DNA from: the human T2T-CHM13v2.0 reference genome, Homo sapiens
Direction: 5' to 3' (one strand)
Length of the DNA: 64,000 nt
Assembly: GCF_009914755.1 (NCBI RefSeq)
Contig: NC_060947.1
The notes under the pieces are model-generated. The model had not been told where the DNA came from, searched no databases, and saw only the letters and a list, made by a program, of their open reading frames with translations. Made by a program: the position numbers and the translations under genes. Within the stretch, counting starts at the first letter, position 1. Each line of letters starts with the position of its first letter. Shown here piece by piece: positions 42,540 through 54,330 of the stretch.

Positions 42540-43619
42540 TATATGGTTTGGTTGTGTCCCCGCCCAAATCTCATCTTGAATTGTAGTTGCCATAATCCGC
42601 ACACGTGATGGGAGGGACCTGGTGGGAGGTAATTAAATCATGGGGTTGATGGTTTTATAAGGTTTTATAAGAGCCCCCTTTGCTCAGCCCTCATTCTCTC
42701 TCTTGCTGCCCTATGAAGAGGTACCTTCTGCCATGATTGTACATTTCCTGAGGCCTTCCCAGCCGTGTGGAGCTGTGAGTCAATTAAGCCTCTTTTCTTT
42801 TTTCTTTTTCTTTTTTTTAATAAATAAACATTTTTAATTTTGAGAGAGTTGTAGATTAGCCTCTTTTCTTTATCAACTACCCAGTCTTGGATATTTCTTC
42901 ATAGCAGTGTGAAAATGGACTAATATAGTAAACTGGTAGCAGATAGTGGAGTACTGCTGTAAAAATTCCTGAAAATGTGGAAGTGATTGTGGAACTGGGT
43001 AACAGGCAGAGGTTGGAACGGTTTGGAGGGCTCAGAAGCAGACAGGAAGATTTGGGAACTTTTGGAAGTTCCTTGTCTTTGGGAACATTTGGAACTTCCT
43101 AGAGACTTGTTGAATGGCTTTGACAAAAATGCTGAAAGTAATATGGACAATAAAATCTAGGTTGAGGTGGTCTCAGATGGAGATGAGGAACTTTTTGGGG
43201 ACTGGAATAAAGGTGACTCTTGCTATGTTTTAGCAAAGAGACTGGTGGCATTTTGACCCTGCCCTAGAGTTCTGTGGAACTTTGTATTTGAGGGAGATGA
43301 TTTAGGTGTCTGGCGGAAGAAATTTCCAAGCACCAAAGTGTTCAAGAGGTGACTTGAGTGGCTGCAGAAATTTGCATAAGTAATGAGGAACCAAATGTTA
43401 GTCACCAAGACAATGGGGAAAATGTCTCCAGGACATGTCAGAGGTTTTTAAGGTATCACAGGCCAGGAGGCCTATGAGGAAAACATGATTTTGTGGGCCG
43501 ATCCGAGAGCCTTGCTGCTTTATGCAGTCTCAGTACTTGGTGCTAAGAGGCCAATGTAGAGCTCAGGTCATTGCTTCAGAGGGTGCAAGCCCCAAGCCTT
43601 GGTGACTTCCATGTGGTGT
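42540..43619 (+). mobile_element. THE1 LTR (42540-42927) plus 5' part of internal region, 3'-truncated
   Basis: atatggtttggttgtgtcccc...ggactaatata, then gtaaactggtagcag...; no second LTR. Confidence 0.87.
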
Positions 43620-44702
43620 GGCATTTTCATACCTCCTCTGAAATCTACGCAGATGCTCCCAAACCTCAACCCTTGCCTTCTGTGCACCGGTAGGCCCACC
43701 ATGTGGAAGCCGCCAAGGCTTTGGACTTGCACCCTCTGAAGTAACAGTTTGAGCCGTATCTTGGCCCCTTTTAGCTGTGGTTGGAGCTGAACCTGGAGCG
43801 GCTGGAATGCAGGGCATCATGTCCTGAGGCTGCACAGAGCAGCAGGACACTGGCCCTGGCCAATGAAACCATTTTTCTCTTATACACTTCTGGGACTGTG
43901 ATGGGAGGGGTTGCCTCGAATGTTTCCGAAATACCCTGGAGGCATTGTCGCCATTGTCTTGGTGATTAACATTTGGCTCTTGGTTACTTATGCAAATTTC
44001 TGCAGTGTTAAATTTCTCCCCAGAGAATATGTTTTTCTTTTCTACCACATGGTCAAGCTGCAAATTTTTCCAACTTTTATGCTTTGCTTTTCTTTTCAAT
44101 ATAAGTTTTAGTTTCAGGTAATTTTTAATGCAAACGAGCATAAAGGCGCTTAGAAACAGCCAGGCCACAGCTTGAACGCTTTGCTGCTTAGAAATTTTTT
44201 CCTCCAGATACAGGAAATTATCTCTCTGAAGTTCAAAGTTGCAGATACCTAGAACAGGGGAACGATGCCACCATTCTCTTTGCTAAAGCATAGCAAGAGT
44301 GACTTTTACTCCATTTCCCAATAAGTTCCTCTTCTCCATCTAAGACCACCTGAACCTGGACTTCAATGTCCATATCACTATCAGCATTTTGGTCACAACC
44401 ATTCAACAAGTCTTTAGGAAGTTCCATACTCCCTCATTTTCCTGTCTTCTGATTCCTCCAAACTGTTAACAACCTCTGCCTGTTACCCAGTTCCAAAGTC
44501 ACTTCCACATTTTCAGGTATCTGTATAGTAATGCCCCACTTTTCTGGTACCAATTTTCTGTTTTAGTTTGTTCTCACTTTGTTATAAAGAACTATCTGAC
44601 ACTGAGTAATTTACGAAGAAAAGAGACTTAATTGACTCACAGTTCTTCAGGCTATACAGAAAGCATGGCTGGGAGGCCCCAGGAAACTTACAGTCATGGT
44701 AG

Positions 44703-45231
44703 TGTTATAAATAATGTTTCGGTGCCACAAAACAAATAGCACTCAAATATAAAATTTTCTTTTTAATTCTCAGCAAGGCAAGTTACTTCTGTAGAAGGGT
44801 GCACCCTTGCAGATGGAGCAATGGTGAGTGCACACTTGGACAAGGGATGAGAAGGGGTTCTTATCCCTGATGCATGTGGCCCCTGCTGCTGTGTCTTTCC
44901 CCTATTGGCTAGGGTTAGACAGCACAGGCTAAACTAATTCTGATTGGCTAATTTAAAGAGATTGACGGGTTGAGTGGTTTGGCGGGAAAAATGGTTATGA
45001 CATAGCAGGTAATCGGAATGAGTCAGGGTGGAGCAGGTGATCGGATTGAGTCAGGGTGGAGCAGGTGATCAGAATGAGTCAGGGTGGAGCAGGTGATTGA
45101 AATGAGTCAGGGTGGAGCAGGTAATCGAAAAAGGTTGCTTTATGAGGAAGTTAAGTTTAAAAGTAGAAGGCAAAGAATCGAGCATACTGACATTGATTCT
45201 TCAAAAAGAAATTTAGAACTCATATCTAACA
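44703..45231 (-). mobile_element. LTR10 (A/F-like, HERV-I/HERVIP10) solo LTR
   Basis: TG...CA termini (tgttataaat...atctaaca), exact 4-bp TSD GTAG, two ATTGG boxes, internal 28-bp tandem repeat. Confidence 0.85.
45004..45127. promoter_or_regulatory. 28-bp tandem repeat with four AP-1 sites
   Basis: Unit agcaggt(a/g)atcggaaTGAGTCAgggtgg; TGAGTCA at 45019, 45047, 45075 and 45103. Confidence 0.8.
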
Positions 45232-45579
45232 GTAGAAGGTGAAGGGGAAGCAAACACATCTTCACATGGTGACAGAGAGATAGAGAGCAAAGTGCTAAGT
45301 CCTCCACACTTTGAAAGAACCAGATCTCATGGGAACTCACTCACTATCACAAGAACAGCAAGGGTGAAATTTGCCCCCATGATCCAATCACCTCCTAACA
45401 GGTCCCTCCCCCAACACTGGGAGTTACAATTCAACATGAGATTTGGGTGGAGACACAGAGTCAAATTATATCACACTAGACTCCAGGTTCAGACTCTTGT
45501 CTTTATGCCAGTATTCTTACAGAGTCATTGTACAATGGGGGTAACCATGTAGGCTTTGTAAATATCTGACAAACCTAGG

Positions 45580-45730
45580 GAGAATTCTTATTCTCCAATT
45601 CTGTACTGTGTGACCTTTGGCAAGTTGCTTAAGCACCCTGATGGTTAGCTTTCATATCCACAAAATGGACACTATTTAATTGAACAATGTATTAAAAGTA
45701 CCTGAATAAAAACACTTTTACAAGCCTTAA
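45580..45730 (+). mobile_element. MIR
   Basis: tgtgtgacctttggcaagttgcttaagcaccctg...tttcatatccacaaaatgg. Confidence 0.65.
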
Positions 45731-47139
45731 AGGAAATGCAGGATAAGGTGGTCACGTAACTCTCATACAGCTGCATTGCCATGGTCACCATACTCTAGCA
45801 AGTCCACAGATCTGACAGTCTGGCATCAAAATACTTGTATGTCTTAGAAGCCACATTACATTTAAGTCAAAAAAGAGATGTTCCATATGTCAGGTATAAT
45901 AGACTCAAAACACTGTACAATACCACCAATGTATGAATTGACCTAAGGCATGGCTGTTATTAAACACTGTTAGCTGTCTAAAGACTCTTACAGGGCCTGT
46001 TAATGGGCAGCTTTTGATTTTTCAAAAAAAATAATGTTTTCAGGAGTACAAGCTATAAAAAAGCAAAGGACTCTAATTTTCCAATGTGCGCTCTTCTAAT
46101 CAAGCTGGTTTTCCCTTGTCTCTGTATTGAAATGACAAGCACATGTCTTTCCCAGATATCTGGCACCTCTTGTGATTTTTTTCTTCATGTCAAAATGACA
46201 GACTCTTAATTAGTAGGGCTACTTAATCCTTTCTTGCAGCAATGCATCGTGACAGTTTCATCCTCATATCATTCTTCCCAAGCTATTATTTAGTGTTCAG
46301 TCGGCAATGAGAATGCAGGACTATGCTTAAGAGTTTTTACATTATGGTTTTGCAGTTTTTTTCTATCAGTTAGACACATATGATTCATTGGTCTCCAAGA
46401 CCTATGATACGTTTTGTTTATTTTTAAAGATTAGTATCTCTATCAGGACCATTCTGGCTGTGCATAGGGTCTATCCTTTTAAATCCAGTCCCCTTGGGAT
46501 ACCAAATGAGAGCCCATACAGGGATGAAAAGTGTAATTTAATTGTAGGTGTGCAGTGAAGCAGGGTGAAGAGTGTTCACAATAACCCCAGTTGCCAGGCA
46601 GGGAAATGTGTGGATGCATTTCTTGGTAAGCATTTACATTATTGACATTTGTAAGGCTGCCTTCAAGAATCCATCCTCTGAAGCTGCTTACTTGATTAAA
46701 ATGAACTCAACTTATTCTAATATGTCCTTTACTATATGTGGGAAGAGCAGTTTCTTTTTGACTTGCTATCAAGCACCCCTTACTAATCTGATATTTGCAG
46801 ATTTACTTCAATTAAATAAATTCACTTTCCAAGAGATAAAACAGCAGATCTAAGCATTTTCAATGGACTTTGACTTAAAGAACTATTCATCTGTGCATTG
46901 CTTTATCCATTTTATTTTTATATTTTAAAATAATATTTCAAAGATAAAAATCCCTAAGGATCCAAGTGCAATCACTGTAGCATTGACCTCTTTCAAACAC
47001 TCACCAGCAATGTGAGCCAAATGTCCCAACAGAGCAGTCAGTGGCTTCACTCTGTGGGTCAGCTAGGAGTAGGTCTCTGTGTAAGGGAAATTACTTATCT
47101 AACCATCACCTTTTTCAAATTGTGTTAATTCTAAATGCC

Positions 47140-47450
47140 AGAATCAAAGGATATGAGCAGGTGAAAGGCTCATGTATGTTTTGTCATTTTTTTCACAGTA
47201 ACTTTCTATTGGTTGGCATTCCCATAAGTGATATATAAAAGTGCCCTTCTTATCTCCCCCTTGCCAACAAAACGTGTTTTTTTTTTAATTTTTGCTAATT
47301 TGATCAATGAAAAATGATATATTGCTTTTATTTTCAATTCCTTTTATGATTACTGAGGACTGAACATTTTTCCATCCGTAATAGCAATTCTTATTTCTTG
47401 TTCTGTGAATTGTCTCTTAGTTTCCATTGTACTTCTACATGTTTTGCTCA
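47140..47450 (-). mobile_element. Old L1ME fragment
   Basis: ttttgctaatttgatcaatgaaaaatgatatattg...gaacatttttcc...tctgtgaattgtct. Confidence 0.6.
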
Positions 47451-49732
47451 AGTGCAGCTATACTTATTCCTGATCTAAGAAGCAGAAACTGTCACCATTA
47501 TTCCTTCTTGGGATTCAACCAAATCAAATTTAAAATTCACAAAGAAAAACAATACAGGCAGGACCTCCAGTCCCCAGTTCCCCAGAGTCTCAGTCAAGAA
47601 TCAGTTCTTCTTCATGGCTGTGCAGATTTTGAGAATGTGCATGCTCCCGTTCTCAGTCCTTTAGCATATGCAAAAGCACTTAAACAGATCTGTTAATAAC
47701 TTGCCTGCTTCTTAAGGGGTGTTCAAGAAAGGGCCATTCGTTTATTTTCTTTTCGAGTAGCTCAAATGCACTGAAGGTAGTACACATTTGAATGCCGGTC
47801 ACTTAAAAACACACACAGCCTAGAGTAATTTTTTTGCAACTGGCCTCATGTGGAGAAGAAAAGAAAAATGAACCAGCTGGATTGGTTGCTAGTTTCTAAG
47901 AAGGAATATTTCCCATTTAAAATTGTATTTCTCAGTGAATCAAAATTAGGAAATATGAACAAGCCGATCATGAATATACTCCCTAATTAAGCCTATTATA
48001 TTTGAAAATCTTTATATCGATCATTATTCTAGATCCTATGGGATTTCATGTGGATTAACCTCGGGTTTTGGAAATTGGTCATATTTGAGGAACAGCCAAG
48101 TACTGAAACAAGACCAGCACTCATAGAGTTTGAGAGTTCAATAGCTAAACAGATGCTTGTCAATCTTATCTTACTGGCCACCAAAGACAAAGTGACTTTA
48201 CCTAGAGAAAAAGTCTTGATTATTTGGGTTTTATTAGCACTTCAGGTAGGCAGAAACCCTCTTCACTTGTCATTTGTGGGGCATTCTTGTCTATCATATT
48301 TAGTATTCCTTGGTAGCATGAAGCAGGTGGAGATTTGCTTCTTTAGGAAAAAATTTTGTTTCATCTTAGCAAAATGTAAGGCATATGGAAAATAAAATAA
48401 ATAAAACACTTCAGGTTTCATTAGTAATTTTTTTTAAAAAAACATGTATTTAAAATATTTTACTGTGGATATCTGAGTAATAGATATTATTAGGGGAAGT
48501 TTATTCAAGACTATTTGCAACAATAAAATAATTTGTGTCTACACATAAGAAGTTAAATAAGTATTAATCTAGATAATTCAGGCCATCTACATTTGATATA
48601 TCCAGGCTTTTGAACAAAAAAGTTATTGCTTAGTCTGAATAGTATTGTAAGCTTCCATTCAAGATGTACATTTCAATGAGTGGTAAAAAGTCAACTGTTG
48701 TGAATAAAAAGACAGTGCATTCTATTAAATATTTGATGAAAGTTTGAGGGTAGTGGTAGGTCTTACTGTATTGACTAGTTGTTTGATCTTAATTAATTTT
48801 AAGTAAAGAGTCTAGGATTCCTAAAAGGTTTTGTGCTTTCTTTACGGTTTAATAGAAATTAATTTTTACCTGCTTCAAATTCTATGATATGTCATTAATA
48901 ATTTGTTCCTTATTTCATTTTGTTATAATAATTATTAAATCACATGGTACATGCCAGACTCCAAAGAACTACTAGAATGGCTAACTAAGATACATTTCTG
49001 GATTCCCTCTCTATTCTTATTTACCAGTGTGTTCTATACTATCTCTAATTGATACCAAAGAGTCCTAGATCTTTCCACTGATTTATATGCTATAATTTTA
49101 GATAGACAATTATGCAATTTGCCATCTGTCAAGCCATAGACAGCGGAAACAAAGTACACACGTTAGAAGTTCTCTCTATATTTGCTAAATTAATGAAATA
49201 AAGGAAGAGGGGAAAAATAAGTGAATAGTATTTTTTGTTACCAGGAAACAAAAAGGAAGTATTAGCTCGTTCTTAATGTGGTTCAATGTCTTTCACAGCT
49301 TTGTATTTTTCCCTTACCTCTGAGCCCCATCTCCATTTCATCCTCTGCAAATGATTAAAATCCGTCTCTTCTTAAAAAGATACAGATGTTGTTGTCATAG
49401 AATATTTAGAAAGGGGTAAACGTTACTTTACTTCTAGTTATAAGTACATTCAAGCTTTTCTCCCCACTGTGGCCTTTACATTCTTTTCCTGGTGGTGTCG
49501 AAGTTTTCAGGTGGTTACACAATGTGTTCTCTTCAACAGGAAGTTTTGCCTGGCCTGACTTTGCCTCCATATAATGTGTGAATGGTATGATATTTGTTAC
49601 ATCAATTGATTTTTAACTGTTTACCTTATGGGGTTGTGGCCTTCTTTTAAAAGCTTCTCATGCTGAAATAGAAAGCCAGCAGGGATTCCGGTGGTGCTAG
49701 CTAAAGCAACATCACACATTTTATCGAAGGAT

Positions 49733-49946
49733 AACATGGACACATAGTGGGAAACAACACTCTGTGGCCTACTGGAGGGTGGAGGCTGGTAGGAGGGAGA
49801 GGATCAGGAAAAATAACTAATGGGTACTAGGCTTAATACCTGGGTGATGAAATAATCTATTCAACAAACCCCCATGATACAAATTTACCTATGTAACACA
49901 CCTGTACTTGTACCCCTGAACTTAAAATATAAGTTTAAAAAAAAGA
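49733..49946 (+). mobile_element. L1PA15/16-like 3' end
   Basis: ggagggagaggatcaggaaaaataactaatgggtactaggcttaatacctgggtgatg...cctgaacttaaaata, then an A tail. Confidence 0.9.
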
Positions 49947-50249
49947 ATTAGTAACATGCATGAGAAGGAACTGTATCTCTTGACAAAATTCCTTGTGTCT
50001 TGCTTTTAAAAACCATGAAAAAATGTTAACCTGCCAGACTCTACAATATACTGCTGGAAAGCCATGTTTTAACAGTACATGTTTAACCTTTCTCTATCAG
50101 GAGAAATCTACCCCATCCTTACTACTCTGTCTCCCACAGAAGCAAAAAAAAAAAAAAAAAAAACAAAACAGCAATGAGAAAAATGGCTGAAAAGTTTTAA
50201 CGTTTTTATCCAATGGTCATAATCTAACTTGCACTTTTAAATTTTACAT

Positions 50250-50835
50250 GCATTTTAATTTTTATTTTTTGGATAAAAAGTTATAAGAAAGAGCAGAGAG
50301 ATGTTATAAACTCTTCACCTAGCTTCCTATAAAGTTAGCATCACATACAATTATAGTACAGCAATTAAAAAAAACAGAAAATTAACCTCAATAGCAATTC
50401 TATTAACTGTTATACAGATCTTATTTAAATTTCACCAATTGCACTACTGAGGCCTTTTTTAGGTTGTTTTGGACTAGTATATCAGATTGCATTTTATTTT
50501 GATGTTCCCTCTAGCATTCTTCATTCTATAAGAATTCCCCAGAGTTACTTTGTTTTTTTGTGATCTTGGCATTTTCAAGAGCACTGGCCAATTGTTTTGT
50601 AGCATAGTACTCACTTTGATTTGTCTAATGTGTTTTCATGATTCTAGTGAGCTTTTGCATTTTTAATAAAAATATTACAAAATGATGTTGCGCCCATATC
50701 AGTACATCATATCAGCAGGTGCATGATGTTAATCCATCTTGGTACTGGTGATGTTAACCTGTATCATTTGATTACAATGATGTCTGCCAAGTTGCTCTAT
50801 TGTGGAGTTATTATTTTTTCTTGGTAATTTGATTT
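50250..50835 (-). mobile_element. L1MC-type 3' end
   Basis: cttcacctagcttcc...gttagcatcacatacaattatagtaca...ggtgatgttaacctgtatcatttg. Confidence 0.75.
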
Positions 50836-50849
50836 ACATTTTTAAGGGT

Positions 50850-51500
50850 TTTCTGGATTTAACCTAGAGAATAGATTGGTGAAAAGCAAGATATGAGTTA
50901 GGCAAAATAGAGAAGAGACTGTTAAATTAGATGACATAAGAGCTAATGTGACTTAAACTAGATAGTCATAAAAAGTAAATAAATATTTGCTATATATTGG
51001 AATAAAAGTCAATAAAATTGGTGATGAATTGAATATGGTTGGGTGAGAAAATATGAGATATAAGGAAGAACTCCAAGGTTTCTGCCTTGTAGGATGGGGT
51101 GAAGGGTAGTGATATACTTTGGGATGAGAAACATTGGATGAGTTCTGTCAGTCAGTTATTTTAAGAGGAAGTATGGATAATGAGTTGGAGAAATACAAGA
51201 GTGGGAGGAAAGAAACTAGTTCGGAAGCTATTGCATTAGTTTAGATTACCAGTGATGGTTTCTTTAGATTAGAAGGGATGACAAAATGGAGAAAACTATC
51301 TCCCTGATGTGGGAGATGATTTAAGAATTATAATTAATAGGCGTTAAGCCTTAATTGATTAAGGGGATTTGCTGAGCAAAAGAGGCGACAAAGGATAACT
51401 TCTAGGTTTCTTGCTTTGCACAACTGGATGAATTGTGGTTCCATTTATTCAGATGGGAAGCCATGATGGGAAACTAGGTTTAGAATGGTAGTTATTTACC
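50850..51500 (-). mobile_element. L2 fragments
   Basis: gaactccaaggtttctgccttg; ggataacttctaggtttcttgctttgcacaactggatgaattgtggttccatttattcagatgggaa. Confidence 0.7.
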
Positions 51501-52627
51501 CATTCACTACTAATAATACAAAACAATTGGCTAGTGCTCTTGAAAATGCCAAGATCACAAAAAACAAAGTAGCTCTGAGGAACTCTTATAGAATGCAGAA
51601 TACTAAAGGGAACATCAAAATAAAATGCAATGTGAGATCCTAGACCAAAACAACCTAAAAAAGGCCTTAGTAGTTTAATTGGTGATATTTAAATAAGATC
51701 TGTATAACAGTTAATAGTATTGCTATTGAGGTTAATTTTCTGGTATTTTTTATTGCTGTACTATAATTGTATGTGATGCTAACTTTATAGGAAGCTAGGT
51801 GAAGAGTTTATAAGAACTCTCTGTTCTTTTTTTATAACTCTTTTATTCAAAAAATAAAAAATAAAATGCATGTAAAATTTAAAAGTGCAAGTTAGATTAT
51901 GATCATTGGATAAAAACTTTTCAGCCATTTCCTATTGCTGTTTTTTTGTCTAAAAAATATAAATTCACTCTCTAGTGTAAGAGTAGTATGCATAACTTGT
52001 TGTAAATGGAAATGTGTGTACACAAAAACAGCAAAGGAAAAATAAAAATAATTCTCCTCATTCTTCCCCTTTCCCCCAACCTGCTCATATCTTTTATTGT
52101 TCTTTTAAAATAAAAACAGAAAATCTAAACTTGTTCTACTGATCCCTATATAATCTGGTCTCTGACTCTTTGTCTAATCTTATCTGATGATAGCACACTC
52201 CCCCTTACTAACCACACTTGAGGCAAACAGGCACCTTTCTGTTTTTTAACCGAGCTCCTTATTACCTTGGGACCTTTGTTCTTGCTATTTCCTCATACTA
52301 GACTGTCCCCACTCCTGTATTTCAATGGCTACCTCTATCTACTTGGACTCCTTATGCACCCTGTGTAACAACCTATTCTCCTCATAGAAGCGAATATAAT
52401 CTATTAAAAATATTAATTGGATCAGATGTTTCTTCTACTTAAAACTTTTTCATAGGTTACTACTGTGCTTAAAGTTTAAACTCTTTACCATAACCCACAG
52501 GTACCGTATATTCTGATCCCTCCCTGTCTCTCCAGCCTCATCCCAAGCCACTATCTCAGCCTAGCACTATCTCCTCCCTGCCCAGTCCACTTTATCTGGA
52601 TAACTTTTATTCATCTTTCAATTATAA

Positions 52628-52992
<365 letters not shown>

Positions 52993-53059
52993 ACGCTTCT
53001 TATGGTTATTCCCATAGCTGCTTATATTTCCTCATCATAGCACGTATCAAATTCTAATG

Positions 53060-54330
53060 TCATGTTGTGTGGTGTTTATAACATATGTACAAGTAACATC
53101 TATAACAATAATAGCACAAAAACTAGAACAAACGAAATTATACTGTGCTATTATAAGGTTCTTAAACTATATGTGGAATAGTATAATATCACTTGAAAGT
53201 AGTTTGTGATAAGTTAAAGGTGTACACCAAAGGATTTCCAGCTTCTGTTATGAGAACTAGAGAGCTGGATGGAAGGAGCATCACTCCTAAATTTACAATG
53301 AAAAAGAGACAAGTTTACTTTAAATTGATATTCAAACAGAGAGAGCCAAGGTTGCAGAGCAACCACCCTACTCAAAACCTGAGGATACAAGGTGACTTCA
53401 GCGTCTGTAGTCATGAACTCTTTCACAACTGGGGTAGATCTAATCAGATAGTGGGAAGAAGAATTCAGGGAGAATGTCTGTCAAATTAATGAAGGCCAAG
53501 ATCAGATTGGTGGGAGAGTGCGAATTCTCTAAGAGGGTCAGAAAAATTGATGGAGTTCAAATCCACTTATAGCCTCTTTCACCACCAACCGCACTGGTCC
53601 AAACAGAAAAGACTGGAAAGAGATCTAAAGAAATGGCTATTGTGTTGCAGACTTGGGACGCAAAAAGGGTAGTTCAGTTCCACAGGGGAAAAACTGCCCC
53701 CAGATGCTTTTCTCTTCTCTCAACAGTAGAACAAAAGCCTTAATCTGCGGGGGAAGACAAAAAGCACTGCTTTCATTGGGGCATTACTGAAAACTCCTTA
53801 TATTTGTGGGAAGGCAACAAAGAAAAGGAACCCCTAAGTATATCAAAAATCATATCCAATATAAATGTTCTAAACAGTCCAGTTGAAAAGCAGAGACTAT
53901 CAGACTGGATGTAAAAGCAAGACTTGACTATATGCTTCTTATAAGAAACACACTTTATGTATAAAGACATTAATTAATTACCAAACACTAAAGAATAAAT
54001 ATTAATTCATCACAATCTCTTCCAGAAAACTGCAGAAGAGGAAACAATTCCCAACTCCTTCTATAAGGCCTTTATTACCTTAATATCAACCCAATCAAAG
54101 ATATGACAAGAAAAGCAAACTACATGCCAATGCAATTGCCATAATTCTAGCAACTAAAATCAGAATACATATGAAAAAGACACTATCCAGTACAGTTTAT
54201 TCCTGAAATACAAGATTGGTTTAATATTTGAAAACCGATGAACTTGCCATATTAACAAACTAAGAGGGGGAAAACTGAGGTCATATCAATATATGTGGAT
54301 AAAATCCATTTGACAAAGTCCAATAATGTC
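53060..54330 (+). mobile_element. Old L1M fragments (inter-ORF, 5' and ORF2 pieces)
   Basis: taaatgttctaaacagtccagttgaaaagcagagactatcagactggat; cacaatctcttccagaaaac...cccaactccttctataaggcc. Confidence 0.7.

Larger units (their letters stand above)
42095..45473 (-). mobile_element. MSTA-like provirus (LTR 42095-42474, internal pieces, LTR 44559-45473), interrupted
   Basis: Two antisense MST LTRs; internal at 42475-42539 and about 43620-44558; no clear TSD. Confidence 0.85.
50161..51947. repeat. Inverted repeat: arms 50161-50601 and 51517-51947, spacer ~915 bp
   Basis: Arms are reverse complements along their length, including an exact 62-bp match (50304-50365 vs 51752-51813). Confidence 0.95.

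Noticed and set aside
43563-44168. 201-aa ORF and similar ORFs at 27382-27840 and 30066-30569
   Set aside because: Decayed MaLR internal reading frames broken by stops and frameshifts; the 201-aa ORF also crosses the rearrangement junction.
52024-52043. Short aaaaacagcaaaggaaaa inverted match to the outer end of the right inverted-duplication arm
   Set aside because: Low complexity and lies within an old L1ME-like tail; could easily be coincidence.
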